From: Patescibacteria group bacterium | GTDB taxonomy: Bacteria; Patescibacteriota; Minisyncoccia; Phycocordibacterales; PALSA-1337 | Reading direction: 5' to 3' | DNA: 64,000 nt | NCBI GenBank assembly: GCA_018971685.1 | Contig: JAGXAG010000002.1 | Span: forward strand, 2,276-66,275 | Shown here: positions 27,141 to 36,671 of the stretch, piece by piece | Layout: each line of letters starts with the position of its first letter | Numbering within the stretch: position 1 is the stretch's first letter | Program-made: the position numbers and the translations under genes | The notes under the pieces: model-generated | Told to the model about the DNA's origin: nothing | The model's input: the letters and a program-made list of their open reading frames with translations, nothing else | Database searches by the model: none

Positions 27141-27842
27141 GTGGCAAAAACAATCACGATCGGCATCGACGAAGTCGGCCGGGGCCCCTTGGCCGGACCG
27201 GTTGCCGTTGGTGCTTTTGCCGTGAATAATAAGGCGGTTTTGAAGAGATTTCGCGGCGTCAAAGACTCGAAGCAATTATCCGAAAATCAGAGGAATGAAT
27301 GGATGAAAAAGATCCATCTCTACCACGATCATACCTCCGCTTACGATGTAGTCCGCTCCCATCACAGCGAGGCTGTGTGTTTCCCGACGCGAGCACAGCG
27401 ACAGGAGAGAAACACACGGCGAGCTAGGAGGGAGCGGGCGGTGCAAATAGAGTATGTCATCTCTTTCTCCAGCGCCCGCACCGTCGACCGACACGGAATA
27501 GTAAAAGCTATCAATTATGCGATAAAAAGATGTCTTGCAAAATTGGAGAAAAAAGGCTTCGCGCCGGTAAATTCAAGGATACTGTTGGACGGATCTTTGA
27601 AAGCTCCCGATAAGTATAAGAATCAGAAGACGATTATCAGCGGCGATGTCAAAGAACCCATCATCGCGCTGGCATCCATTTGCGCCAAAGTTGCTCGTGA
27701 CCGCCGTATGAAGCAAATAGGAAAGGATTATCCCGCGTACGGCTTCGAGATCCACAAAGGTTACGGCACCAGGCTACATTACCAGCGCCTTACCGAGAAC
27801 GGCCCCTGCATCCAACACCGCTTGACTTTTCTTAAGTTATGA
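27141..27842 (+). CDS. rnhB: Ribonuclease HII with an in-frame palindromic insertion
   Basis: GIDEVGRGPLAGPV, VKDSKQLS, LLDG, IALASICAKVARD, HKGYGT. Confidence 0.95.
   Translation: MAKTITIGIDEVGRGPLAGPVAVGAFAVNNKAVLKRFRGVKDSKQLSENQRNEWMKKIHLYHDHTSAYDVVRSHHSEAVCFPTRAQRQERNTRRARRERAVQIEYVISFSSARTVDRHGIVKAINYAIKRCLAKLEKKGFAPVNSRILLDGSLKAPDKYKNQKTIISGDVKEPIIALASICAKVARDRRMKQIGKDYPAYGFEIHKGYGTRLHYQRLTENGPCIQHRLTFLKL
27351..27439. mobile_element. In-frame palindromic element in rnhB
   Basis: GTCCGCTCCC/GGGAGCGGGC and GCTGTGTGTTTC/GAAACACACGGC; shares GTGTTTCCCG.CGCGAGC with the mnmA element. Confidence 0.8.
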
Positions 27843-27860
27843 TATATGATATCAAACATT

Positions 27861-28988
27861 ATGAAAAACAAAATCACGAAAAACACTCCAGGCAAATTCT
27901 CGGCTCTGTTATTGGTTATTTCCGCGGCCATAACGCTGATGCCATCTTTGGCCAGTGCCAATTATTACGGTATCGGCGACCGTTATGGTTACAATAATTA
28001 TCAATCGACCGTCTACACTTATACGCCTCAGCCGATCTATTATCCTCAACCGACCCCCGTTTATGTGCCCCAGCCAGTGTATTATTCTCAGCCAGTCGTG
28101 CAGCCGGTCTATTATCCCGTTTACCAGTCTCTATCAGTATCTTGCGGTCCCAGCACTTATTCCGTAAATGCCGGGAACTCGGTCACTTGGACGGCTTACG
28201 CTTCAGGTGGCAACGGTTATTATTCTTACAACTGGTCCGGTACCGACGGTCTGTACGGTAGCGATTCTTCTATTTCGAAATATTATTACGATGGAGGCAT
28301 CAAATACGCTTCGGTTACGGTTTATTCCAACGGCCAATCAGTAACGCAAAATTGCGGGAACACTGTAACCGTCTACGGCAATTATTACGCGGCGAACTAC
28401 CCGGTTTATTATCAACAGCAAACGCCGGTCGTTGTGCAATCAACGCCGGTGGTTGTTCAACAATCTCCGACTTATTCCGTAACGCCAAATACAGTGATCG
28501 CTTCCGGATTGGACATAGGATGTTACGCCGATCCGACTTCGATAACAACCAACCAGCCGACCACTTGGACGGCCGAGGTGACGGGTGGAATGGCTCCATA
28601 TACCTATTCTTGGACCGGTTCCGACGGCCTTACCGGCAGTCAAAGCTCGGTGACGAAATATTATTCCGTTTCAGGCGATAAAAGCGCCATAGTTTCGGTC
28701 ACTTCCGCCGACGGCAAGACCGGCACCAGGGCATGCAGCAATTCGATCGCGGTGCGTTCAACCGCGAGTATATACGCCGCGGCCCCGCGCGCGACCTATA
28801 CGGCTCCGGTATCGCAAGCTTCCTCCCAACAGCCGGCCGCCGGCAATAATATTCCCGCCAATGCGCAATATTCAGCCGCGTCTCTCTTCTCGCTTTCGAA
28901 TGTCCCCTGGGGCTGGGTGGCGGTCTTGATTATCCTGGTTCTGTTCGCTACGGTTATGTATCTGCTGTTCAACAGGAAAAAGATATAA
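27861..28988 (+). CDS. Surface protein: signal peptide, Tyr/Pro/Gln-rich segments, two PKD/Ig-like repeats, C-terminal TM anchor
   Basis: Duplicated motif TWTA..SGG...Y.Y.W.G.DGL.GS..S..KYY...G.K.A.V.V; C-terminal hydrophobic helix followed by RKK. Confidence 0.85.
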   Translation: MKNKITKNTPGKFSALLLVISAAITLMPSLASANYYGIGDRYGYNNYQSTVYTYTPQPIYYPQPTPVYVPQPVYYSQPVVQPVYYPVYQSLSVSCGPSTYSVNAGNSVTWTAYASGGNGYYSYNWSGTDGLYGSDSSISKYYYDGGIKYASVTVYSNGQSVTQNCGNTVTVYGNYYAANYPVYYQQQTPVVVQSTPVVVQQSPTYSVTPNTVIASGLDIGCYADPTSITTNQPTTWTAEVTGGMAPYTYSWTGSDGLTGSQSSVTKYYSVSGDKSAIVSVTSADGKTGTRACSNSIAVRSTASIYAAAPRATYTAPVSQASSQQPAAGNNIPANAQYSAASLFSLSNVPWGWVAVLIILVLFATVMYLLFNRKKI

Positions 28989-29011
28989 TCTTCCTATCTA
29001 TCCTAGGAATG

Positions 29012-29038
29012 AAAAACCGGCCGAAACGGCCGGTTTTC
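29012..29038. terminator. Bidirectional terminator
   Basis: AAAACCGGCCG-AAA-CGGCCGGTTTT between convergent genes. Confidence 0.85.
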
Positions 29039-29061
29039 CGATGAGGCGCTTTTAAATGCTC

Positions 29062-30837
29062 TCATTTTCTATCGTCTATTTTTTCTCGGAATATAGCCAA
29101 TACTTCATCCAACTTCATCTGCCCGACCTTGCCCCCGTCCCTGCTTTCCAACGTGACCTTTCCGGCCTCTATATCCTTGTCTCCTATGACTATGAAATAT
29201 GGCGCGCGCGAAAGCTTGGCCGTGCGCACCTTCTTGCCGAAATTGTCGTTCGACAGGTCGACTTCCGAACGGATGAATGTTCCGCGCAACGCCTTGTGTA
29301 TTTTCTCCGCCTCGGCGAAATGCGCTTCGGCGACCGGAATGACTTTCACTTGAACCGGCGCCAGCCAAAGAGGGAAATTGCCGCCGTAGTGCTCGATCAA
29401 AAATCCGATGAAACGCTCGTGCGTGCCCAAAGGCGCGCGGTGGATGCAAAGCGGCGTCTTTTCCTTGCCGTCTTTGCCGGTATAATTCAGACCGAAGCGC
29501 CTCGGCACCGCGAAGTCGACTTGGTTGGTCGCCAGGGTAAATTCGCGGCCGATGGCGGACCAGACCTGGACATCGATCTTGGGGCCGTAGAAAGCCGCTT
29601 CATTCGGGACTTCGACGAAAGGAATTTTGGCCCCGACCAAAACTTCGCGCACCATGTCCTCGGTCTTTTTCCACAATTCCGGTTCATCGACATATTTGTC
29701 TCCCAAGCGTTTTGGGTCATGGGTGGAAAAGCGCATGACATATTTGTCTATGCCGAAAATTTTGAAATACTCGAGATACATGTCATTCACGGCTTTGAAT
29801 TCGCCGGCGAATTGTTCTTCGGCGCAATATATATGGGCGTCATTCATTGACAGCATGCGCACGCGCATCAGGCCGAACAGCTCGCCTGATTTTTCGTGAC
29901 GGTAACAGGTGCCGTATTCGGCCAAGCGCAGAGGCAGATCGCGGTAACTCCTGGCTCTGGCCGCAAAAATCTTGTGATGGTGCGGGCAATTCATGGCCTT
30001 CAAGTAGTATTTGCCGCCTTCGTATTCCATCGGCGGAAACATGGACTCTTCGTAATATGGCAAATGGCCGCTTTTCAGGTACATGGAGTCTTTTGCTATG
30101 TGCGGCGTACGCACACGGACATAACCGGCTTTGAATTCGGTTTCTTTGGCGAGCTTCTCCAATTCTTCGATCATGATGGCGCCGTTGGGCAGCCACAATG
30201 GGAGTCCGGGCCCGGTATCATCGTTAAATTCGAAAATGTCCATCTCTTTGCCAAGCTTGCGGTGATCTCTCTTTTCGGCTTCTTTTATCATCGCTTCGTA
30301 TTCCTTCAGTTCTTTGCCGGAATCAAATGCCAGCCCGTAAATCCTGGTAAGCATTTTATTTTTCTCGTCGCCCCGCCAATACGCGCCGGCTATCCTAGAG
30401 AGCTTGAATGAATCGGGTTTTATGTCTTTAGCCGGATTTTCCGCGTGTCCGCCGCGACAGAGGTCTTCGAAGCCGCCGGCTTTATAAAAAGTTATTTTTT
30501 CATTTTTAGATATGATCTCGTTTATCAATTCAGCTTTGTATTTGTTTGAGCCGTTAGGTGAGGAAAAACTTGAAACGGCCTCATCTTTCGATAATTCTCG
30601 CGAAGTAAATTTTGTCCAAGTCGGCAGAATCTTACGCATCCGTTCTTCTATCACATGTAGGTCGCCCTCCGCGATGTTTGTTCCTGCGGGGAATTCGAAA
30701 TCGTAATAAAAGCCGTTATCTATCGCCGGACCGATCGTCGGCAAAGCGTCTGGATACATCTCCAATACGGCCGCTGCCAAAAGATGCGCCAAAGTGTGGC
30801 GTTTGTGTTCGAGAGGCTCCGAAGCGGTTTTGTCCAT
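29062..30837 (-). CDS. thrS: Threonine--tRNA ligase
   Basis: RHTLAHLL, DLCRGGH, RDHRKLG, KAMNCPHH, CIHRA.LGTHERF. Confidence 0.97.
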   Translation of the reverse strand: MDKTASEPLEHKRHTLAHLLAAAVLEMYPDALPTIGPAIDNGFYYDFEFPAGTNIAEGDLHVIEERMRKILPTWTKFTSRELSKDEAVSSFSSPNGSNKYKAELINEIISKNEKITFYKAGGFEDLCRGGHAENPAKDIKPDSFKLSRIAGAYWRGDEKNKMLTRIYGLAFDSGKELKEYEAMIKEAEKRDHRKLGKEMDIFEFNDDTGPGLPLWLPNGAIMIEELEKLAKETEFKAGYVRVRTPHIAKDSMYLKSGHLPYYEESMFPPMEYEGGKYYLKAMNCPHHHKIFAARARSYRDLPLRLAEYGTCYRHEKSGELFGLMRVRMLSMNDAHIYCAEEQFAGEFKAVNDMYLEYFKIFGIDKYVMRFSTHDPKRLGDKYVDEPELWKKTEDMVREVLVGAKIPFVEVPNEAAFYGPKIDVQVWSAIGREFTLATNQVDFAVPRRFGLNYTGKDGKEKTPLCIHRAPLGTHERFIGFLIEHYGGNFPLWLAPVQVKVIPVAEAHFAEAEKIHKALRGTFIRSEVDLSNDNFGKKVRTAKLSRAPYFIVIGDKDIEAGKVTLESRDGGKVGQMKLDEVLAIFREKIDDRK

Positions 30838-30932
30838 GGATCAAATGATAGCACGAGCCGGAAAGCGCCGCCACGGCGGCTAACCGGACGGGCGCATTTG
30901 CGCGATTTTTCGGAATATGCCATACTGTCCAC

Positions 30933-31157
30933 ATGGTAGTAAGAATGCGCGCCACGCGGTCGCACCGCGACAACAGGAGATCTCACCACGCTTTGGAAGC
31001 GGCGCGTTTTTCTAAGTGCCAGAATTGCGGCGCGGCGCGCAAGAGCCACACCGTCTGTATGAATTGCGGATGGTATAACGGTAGGAAGGTTATAGACCTT
31101 GCGGCCAAAGCCGCCAAAAAAGCCTCCAAAGCCAAAAAAGCCGAAAACGCCCGCTAA
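30933..31157 (+). CDS. rpmF: 50S ribosomal protein L32
   Basis: RRSHH, CQNCG..RKSHTVCMNCGWYNGR. Confidence 0.93.
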   Translation: MVVRMRATRSHRDNRRSHHALEAARFSKCQNCGAARKSHTVCMNCGWYNGRKVIDLAAKAAKKASKAKKAENAR

Positions 31158-31195
31158 TTTCGTTAACAAGATAATCAAGTTCGTTCTTTAATTCA

Positions 31196-32095
31196 ATGGC
31201 AAATCGCCATTTATCTAGATCAATCGCACTGCAATCTCTCTTCGAGTGGGATTTTCGCGGCTGCGATAAAGGCAGTATTTCAGGTATAGTGGCGCGCGAC
31301 ATGAAAGAATTCGCGCCCGGCATGGCTGACTCTTCATTCGTCGAAGAATTACTTAAGGGCATCGTTGCCAAACAAGCCAATCTCGACGATGTCATCGCCA
31401 AGGCCGCGCCGGAATGGCCGGTTGAGAAGATTTCTCCGGTGGACAGGAATGTTTTACGCATAGGATTGTACGAATTGCTTTTTGCTGATCGCGCCGAAGT
31501 GCCGGCCAAGGTCGCCATCAATGAGGCCATCGAACTGGCCAAAACTTTCGGCGGCGAAACAAGCGGCCGGTTCGTCAACGGCGTTTTGGGCGCTGTGTAC
31601 AAAGAGCTCGGCGAACCGGGCAAGGATGCCGTGCCTTCAAAAAAGAAAAAGGCCGAAGTGCCTTACGAGCAAATGCCCATACAGCATTTGGGCGGGGCGG
31701 TGATTTGCTCCCGCGACGGCAAAGATGCTTACATGGCGTTCGTGCACGACGCTTTCGGCCACTGGACATTGTCGAAAGGTAAAATTCCAGAAGGCACGGA
31801 TCCGAAGGATGGCACCGTCGCCAAGGTGAAAGAAGAGATCGGTCTGGAAGTGGCGATCAAGGCAGATCTCGGCCAGAATGAATACATCGCCAACGATCCT
31901 GAAATAGGCAAAATACGCAAGCAGGTGCATTATTATTTGGCGGAATCGCCGTTTGTCAAACTCAAATTGGCCAAAAAACCAGGCCTGAATGATGCCAAAT
32001 GGTTTAAGCTGGCTGATATTATGGACCTGAATTTTTACGATGACATTTTGCCGATTGTCACGAAAGCCGTCACTATTTTTAGCAAAAGCGAGTGA
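31196..32095 (+). CDS. nusB: NusB fused to a C-terminal Nudix-fold domain
   Basis: SRSIALQSLF, VDRNVLRIG, VAINEAIELAK.FG...S.RFVNGVL; tail WTLSKGK...KEEIGL. Confidence 0.92.
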   Translation: MANRHLSRSIALQSLFEWDFRGCDKGSISGIVARDMKEFAPGMADSSFVEELLKGIVAKQANLDDVIAKAAPEWPVEKISPVDRNVLRIGLYELLFADRAEVPAKVAINEAIELAKTFGGETSGRFVNGVLGAVYKELGEPGKDAVPSKKKKAEVPYEQMPIQHLGGAVICSRDGKDAYMAFVHDAFGHWTLSKGKIPEGTDPKDGTVAKVKEEIGLEVAIKADLGQNEYIANDPEIGKIRKQVHYYLAESPFVKLKLAKKPGLNDAKWFKLADIMDLNFYDDILPIVTKAVTIFSKSE

Positions 32096-32124
32096 TGGCA
32101 TGGACGCGGGCGATCGGCAACCAA

Positions 32125-32832
32125 ATGACCAAAATGAAGACAGACTTCGAAAAATTCGCTGAACAGATAGGGGTCGAATTCGACGACATCGCTCTGTTGC
32201 GAGCCGCCTGCACCCACCGTTCGTATTTGAACGAGAATAAAAAATCCGGCACGGAGCATAACGAGCGCTTGGAATTCTTGGGTGATGCGGTGTTGGAATT
32301 GGTCGTCACCAGTTTCCTCTTCCGCAAATATCCCAAGAAAGCCGAAGGTGAACTGACCGCTTTCAGGTCGGCATTAGTCAACACCGTGAGTTTGACCAAA
32401 GTCGCACAATCGATCGGCCTTAACGATTTTATGCTCCTATCGCGCGGCGAAGCCAAAGACGGCGGTCGCGCCCGTTCCGTCATCCTGGCCAATGCGGTCG
32501 AGGCGGTCATCGGCGCCATTTACATGGATCGCGGATACAATGCCGCCGCCAATTTCATTTCCAACCACCTTTTGAATACGATCGACATCGAAGAAATCGT
32601 CAAGAACAAAAGTTGGATTGACGCCAAGAGCCGTTTTCAGGAAAGGGCGCAAGAGAAAACGGGAATCACGCCTTCTTACCGGACGCTAAAGGAAGAGGGT
32701 CCCGATCACGACAAAAAGTTTACGCTTGGGGTCTTTCTGGGCGATGTCCAGGTTGCTACCGGCGCCGGGCCGTCGAAACAAGAGGCCGAACAAAAAGCGG
32801 CAGAGAAAGCGCTTGACATTAAAGGGTGGTGA
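32125..32832 (+). CDS. rnc: Ribonuclease III
   Basis: HRSY, NERLEFLGDAVL, EAVIGAIY.D, dsRBD GPDH...SKQEAEQKAA. Confidence 0.97.
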   Translation: MTKMKTDFEKFAEQIGVEFDDIALLRAACTHRSYLNENKKSGTEHNERLEFLGDAVLELVVTSFLFRKYPKKAEGELTAFRSALVNTVSLTKVAQSIGLNDFMLLSRGEAKDGGRARSVILANAVEAVIGAIYMDRGYNAAANFISNHLLNTIDIEEIVKNKSWIDAKSRFQERAQEKTGITPSYRTLKEEGPDHDKKFTLGVFLGDVQVATGAGPSKQEAEQKAAEKALDIKGW

Positions 32833-32847
32833 CAAGGTCGGACCTCG
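32833..32847. repeat. Short REP-like palindrome abutting the rnc stop
   Basis: CAAGGTCGGACCTCG directly after the TGA. Confidence 0.6.
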
Positions 32848-32860
32848 AAAAGGAATGAAC

Positions 32861-35248
32861 ATGTATCTGAAATCACTCGAACTATCAGGCTTCAAATCAT
32901 TCGCCAAGAAATCGGCACTGTCTTTCAATTCTGCCATAACCGGCATAGTGGGCCCGAACGGCAGCGGCAAAAGTAATGTCGCAGAGGCTTTCAGATTTGT
33001 CCTTGGCGAGCAATCCATCAAGTCGCTTCGCGGCAAAAGAGGCGAAGACCTCATCTGGAACGGCGGCGGCGACAACGCTTCCGGCGGCGGCAGAGCCAAT
33101 CGCGCAGGGGTAAAATTGACCTTTGATAATTCAAGGCAGATGTTTCCTGCCATAGACTTTGACGAAGTAACCGTCGAAAGGGTAGTCCATCGCGACAATT
33201 CCAACGAATATTTACTGAACGGCAGCCAAGTCAGGCTGAAAGACATTGTCGAATTGTTAGCCGCGGCGCATATCGGCGCCACCGGACATCACATCATTTC
33301 CCAGGGCGAAGCCGACAGAATATTGTCCGCATCCATCCGCGAGCGCCGGGAGATGATCGAGGACGCGCTCGGCCTCAAGATCTACCAGTGGAAGAAGCTC
33401 GAAAGCGTCCGCAAGCTCGAAAGAACCGAGGAGAATATGAAACAAGTCGAGTCGCTCCGCCGGGAAATCGCGCCGCATCTCAAATTCTTGAAGAAGCAAG
33501 TCGAAAAAGTCGAAAAAGCCGAGCAGATGCGCGTCGAACTCGTCACACTGTACAAAGAATATTTTGCCGCCGAAGATCATTACATAAAAACCGAAAAAGA
33601 AAGATTAAGCCGTGAATTGGCCGCGCCCAAGACGGAATCGGCCGGCCTCGAACGGGATTTGGAGAAAGCCAAGGGCATATTGTCCGCGTCGGAAAACAAA
33701 GACCACAAGAGCGAAGAAGTCATTTCGATCGAGAATAGATTGGCGACTATTCGCCGTGAAGTCGATGCTGCCACCCGCGAGTTGGGGGTGATCGAAGGCG
33801 AGATAAGGGCTGACGAGAGAGTCATCGAAAAAGAGCGATCCAGGATGAAGGACGAGGAGGCGAGGATGGTCTATCTGAAAGATGTCGAGGAAGTTGTCAG
33901 GCGCATCGAAGGATTCAATATATTTGACGACGCTAAAAAGCTTTGGAGCGAAGTCGTGAATGTTCTTCGTGAATTTATCGGCAAGCACCATTCCGTCGCC
34001 GATTCGGCCATGATCGACGACGCCGAGAAGGAAATCGTCGGCTTGAAAAACAGCAAGAGCAGGTTGGAGAAGATGCTTGCAGAGCTAAATCGCGCCGAGA
34101 CTAAGCTGAACCGCGAATACGAAGAGCTCAAGCGCCAGATCGAAAAAGAAAAAGATACCAATCGCGACGCCGAGAAGGATGTTTTTCGGATCATCGCGCG
34201 CCAAAATGAAGTGCGCGGACTGATCTCCGCTTTGACGAATCAGCTGGATACTGTTTCGCGAGACGAAGAAGCGTTCAAACGGGAGCTTGGCGAAGCGGCG
34301 ATAATAGTCGGCAGGGAGGCGACGGAGTATTCGGACTTCGCCCCACCCGCCACGAAGGAATCCGATGGACGCCTCGGAGGCCGCGAAGGCGGCCGAGAGC
34401 CAGCCGCGCCTAGAGCAGGCGGCGACGCCGTGTCCCGAGGGTCCTTCGTGGCGGGTGTGGCGAAGTCCGACCGCGAGACCCAATCATTCCGACTTAAGCA
34501 AATCGAAAAGATCAAGATCCGTCTGGAAGACGCAGGCGGTTCTGGTGGCGCGGAAGTCATGAAGGAATACAGGGAGACTGAGGAGCGCAATACATTCCTG
34601 GGCAAAGAACTCGAAGATCTGGAAAAAGCCAAAGCCGAACTTTTGAAACTGATTGCTGAGCTCGATACGCGGATCGATTACGAATTCAAAAGCGGCATTA
34701 TGAAAATAAATGCCGAATTCCAGAAATTCTTTGCACTCATGTTCGGCGGCGGCAAAGCCGAACTGACCGTTATCAAAGAACCAAAGCGCCGGAAAAAGAG
34801 CGATGCCGAGGAATTAGCCGAAGTTTTGAGAAATCCGGAAGAGGCGGTTGACGGCGATCTGTCGGAACAGCCGGAAGAAGAGGCGGAAGGCCCCGAAGGC
34901 CTCGAAGTCACTGTTAGTTTGCCGCGGAAAAAAGTCAAAGGCCTGGTCATGCTTTCGGGTGGCGAGCGCGCGCTCACTTCTATTGCTCTCCTGTTTGCCG
35001 TCTCGCAAGTCAACCCGCCGCCGTTCATCATTCTGGACGAGACGGACGCGGCGCTCGATGAAGCCAACAGCCGCAAGTACGGCGACATGATCGAAGACTT
35101 GTCCAAGCGCTCCCAGCTCATCCTGATCACCCACAACCGCGAGACCATGTCCAGGGCCGGCGTGCTCTATGGCATCACCATGTCTTCCGACGGCGCTTCG
35201 CGTTTGCTTTCGATCGCGTTCGAGGAGGCCGTCAAGGTGGCGAAATAA
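32861..35248 (+). CDS. smc: SMC-family ATPase, short and apparently hinge-less
   Basis: GFKSF, Walker A GPNGSGKSN, ISQG, LSGGE, ILDETDAALD, ITH; about 795 aa. Confidence 0.92.
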   Translation: MYLKSLELSGFKSFAKKSALSFNSAITGIVGPNGSGKSNVAEAFRFVLGEQSIKSLRGKRGEDLIWNGGGDNASGGGRANRAGVKLTFDNSRQMFPAIDFDEVTVERVVHRDNSNEYLLNGSQVRLKDIVELLAAAHIGATGHHIISQGEADRILSASIRERREMIEDALGLKIYQWKKLESVRKLERTEENMKQVESLRREIAPHLKFLKKQVEKVEKAEQMRVELVTLYKEYFAAEDHYIKTEKERLSRELAAPKTESAGLERDLEKAKGILSASENKDHKSEEVISIENRLATIRREVDAATRELGVIEGEIRADERVIEKERSRMKDEEARMVYLKDVEEVVRRIEGFNIFDDAKKLWSEVVNVLREFIGKHHSVADSAMIDDAEKEIVGLKNSKSRLEKMLAELNRAETKLNREYEELKRQIEKEKDTNRDAEKDVFRIIARQNEVRGLISALTNQLDTVSRDEEAFKRELGEAAIIVGREATEYSDFAPPATKESDGRLGGREGGREPAAPRAGGDAVSRGSFVAGVAKSDRETQSFRLKQIEKIKIRLEDAGGSGGAEVMKEYRETEERNTFLGKELEDLEKAKAELLKLIAELDTRIDYEFKSGIMKINAEFQKFFALMFGGGKAELTVIKEPKRRKKSDAEELAEVLRNPEEAVDGDLSEQPEEEAEGPEGLEVTVSLPRKKVKGLVMLSGGERALTSIALLFAVSQVNPPPFIILDETDAALDEANSRKYGDMIEDLSKRSQLILITHNRETMSRAGVLYGITMSSDGASRLLSIAFEEAVKVAK
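34331..34470. mobile_element. In-frame 140-bp palindromic element in smc
   Basis: 29-bp terminal inverted repeat with one mismatch: TCGGACTTCGCCCCACCCGCCACGAAGGA / TCCTTCGTGGCGGGTGTGGCGAAGTCCGA; internal branched hairpins. Confidence 0.9.
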
Positions 35249-35251
35249 ATA

Positions 35252-36517
35252 ATGCCCTACACCCATTTTTTCTCCAATATGGTCGCCGTAGTCGAACATG
35301 CCGCGAGGCATGGTGGATATCTGTTCTTGTTTTTGATATCGATCGTCGAAGCCATACCTTTCATCGGCGCGTTCGTGCCGGGGCATACGGCGGTCATCGT
35401 TTCCGGATTTTTGGCCAAGATCGGGGTGTTCAATCTGTGGGTTGTAATGGCATTGGCATCAGCCGGCGCAATCTTGGGAGACATGATCGGATTTTATCTG
35501 GGCAGAAAGTACGGCATGTCGTTGGCGGACAAGCTTATGCCGTATTTTTTCATTCGCGCCGAGCATATCGAAAAGGCCAGAGCAATGGTCGGCAAACATA
35601 CCGGTAAAGCGCTCATAATAGGCAGATTCAATCCGATCACGCGTCCGCTCATGCCTTTTATCGTTGGTTCGAGTCATTCGAAAATCGCCAGATTCTGGAT
35701 ATTCAATATTATCGGCGGCATAATGTGGGCGACATCTTCCGTTTTACTCGGCTATGTACTTGGTCTGGGATATCACACCGCCGCCGGTTATTTGGGCAGA
35801 CTTGTCGTAGCGGCCGTAATCGCGGTAATACTGATAGTTTGGGGTTACCGTTTCGTCAATATGCGTTTTCATATTTTCAAAAAATATGAATTGTTCGCGC
35901 TTGGCCTGAATATATTGTCGTTATGGATGTTGGCGAAGACGATCGAAGACGCGTGGGCCGCAAAATCATTCATGGCGAATTTCGACATAGCGGTAAATAT
36001 ATTTATGGCAAACCATGTTACGCCATTTTTAGCCGCAATCTCGGCTGTTATAGGGATCGTGGGCGGCACGGTTGCCACCGGCGGTTTGGGAATATTGTCA
36101 GGAGTAGTACTGGCCTTCAATAAAAAATGGCGCACCGCATCGCTCTTTACCCTCTCGACTGGCTCGACCGGGATTATTCTCGGCATGATGAAAGAATTCT
36201 TTATGCGTGCGCGGCCGGTAAATGCGCTCCAACATTTGACTGACCCGAGTTTCCCGAGCGGCCACTCCGGCCTGGCGGCGGCATTTTTTGTCATCCTGGC
36301 ATATGTGCTTGCGCCGCATATCAAGAATCTGGCCAAGAGAGAATGGATGATTGTCGGTTGCGTGCTCGCAATCATTATTATCGGCCTGTCCCGCGTCGCC
36401 TTGAATGTGCACTGGTCATCCGATGTCATCGCCGGCTGGTCGCTCGGCGTCTTCTGTGCCACCGGTTCGATCTTGTTTGTCAGGTACGCCGGCGCGCTGA
36501 TCGCTAAGAAAAGTTAG
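35252..36517 (+). CDS. Bifunctional DedA (VTT) / PAP2 phosphatase membrane protein
   Basis: DedA GAILGD...Y.LGR and GRF; PAP2 KEFFMRARP, PSGH, SRVALNVHWSSDV. Confidence 0.92.
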   Translation: MPYTHFFSNMVAVVEHAARHGGYLFLFLISIVEAIPFIGAFVPGHTAVIVSGFLAKIGVFNLWVVMALASAGAILGDMIGFYLGRKYGMSLADKLMPYFFIRAEHIEKARAMVGKHTGKALIIGRFNPITRPLMPFIVGSSHSKIARFWIFNIIGGIMWATSSVLLGYVLGLGYHTAAGYLGRLVVAAVIAVILIVWGYRFVNMRFHIFKKYELFALGLNILSLWMLAKTIEDAWAAKSFMANFDIAVNIFMANHVTPFLAAISAVIGIVGGTVATGGLGILSGVVLAFNKKWRTASLFTLSTGSTGIILGMMKEFFMRARPVNALQHLTDPSFPSGHSGLAAAFFVILAYVLAPHIKNLAKREWMIVGCVLAIIIIGLSRVALNVHWSSDVIAGWSLGVFCATGSILFVRYAGALIAKKS

Positions 36518-36671
36518 GCGGTTATTTATTATTTCTGGTTGTCTGGTTTGCGAGAATTGCCAATAAAGTAAAGGCAATAAGTAATAAAGTTCCTAGTCAA
36601 TATTTACGGAGGATTTTTTCATGCCGAAGTTGTTTTGGTAATTTCCTACGGGCATGTTATCATGAAAACAA

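Noticed and set aside
29056-29850. Long antisense ORFs (e.g. 29056-29850, 25136-26053, 3721-4554)
   Set aside because: Shadows of well-supported genes on the opposite strand, with no motifs of their own.
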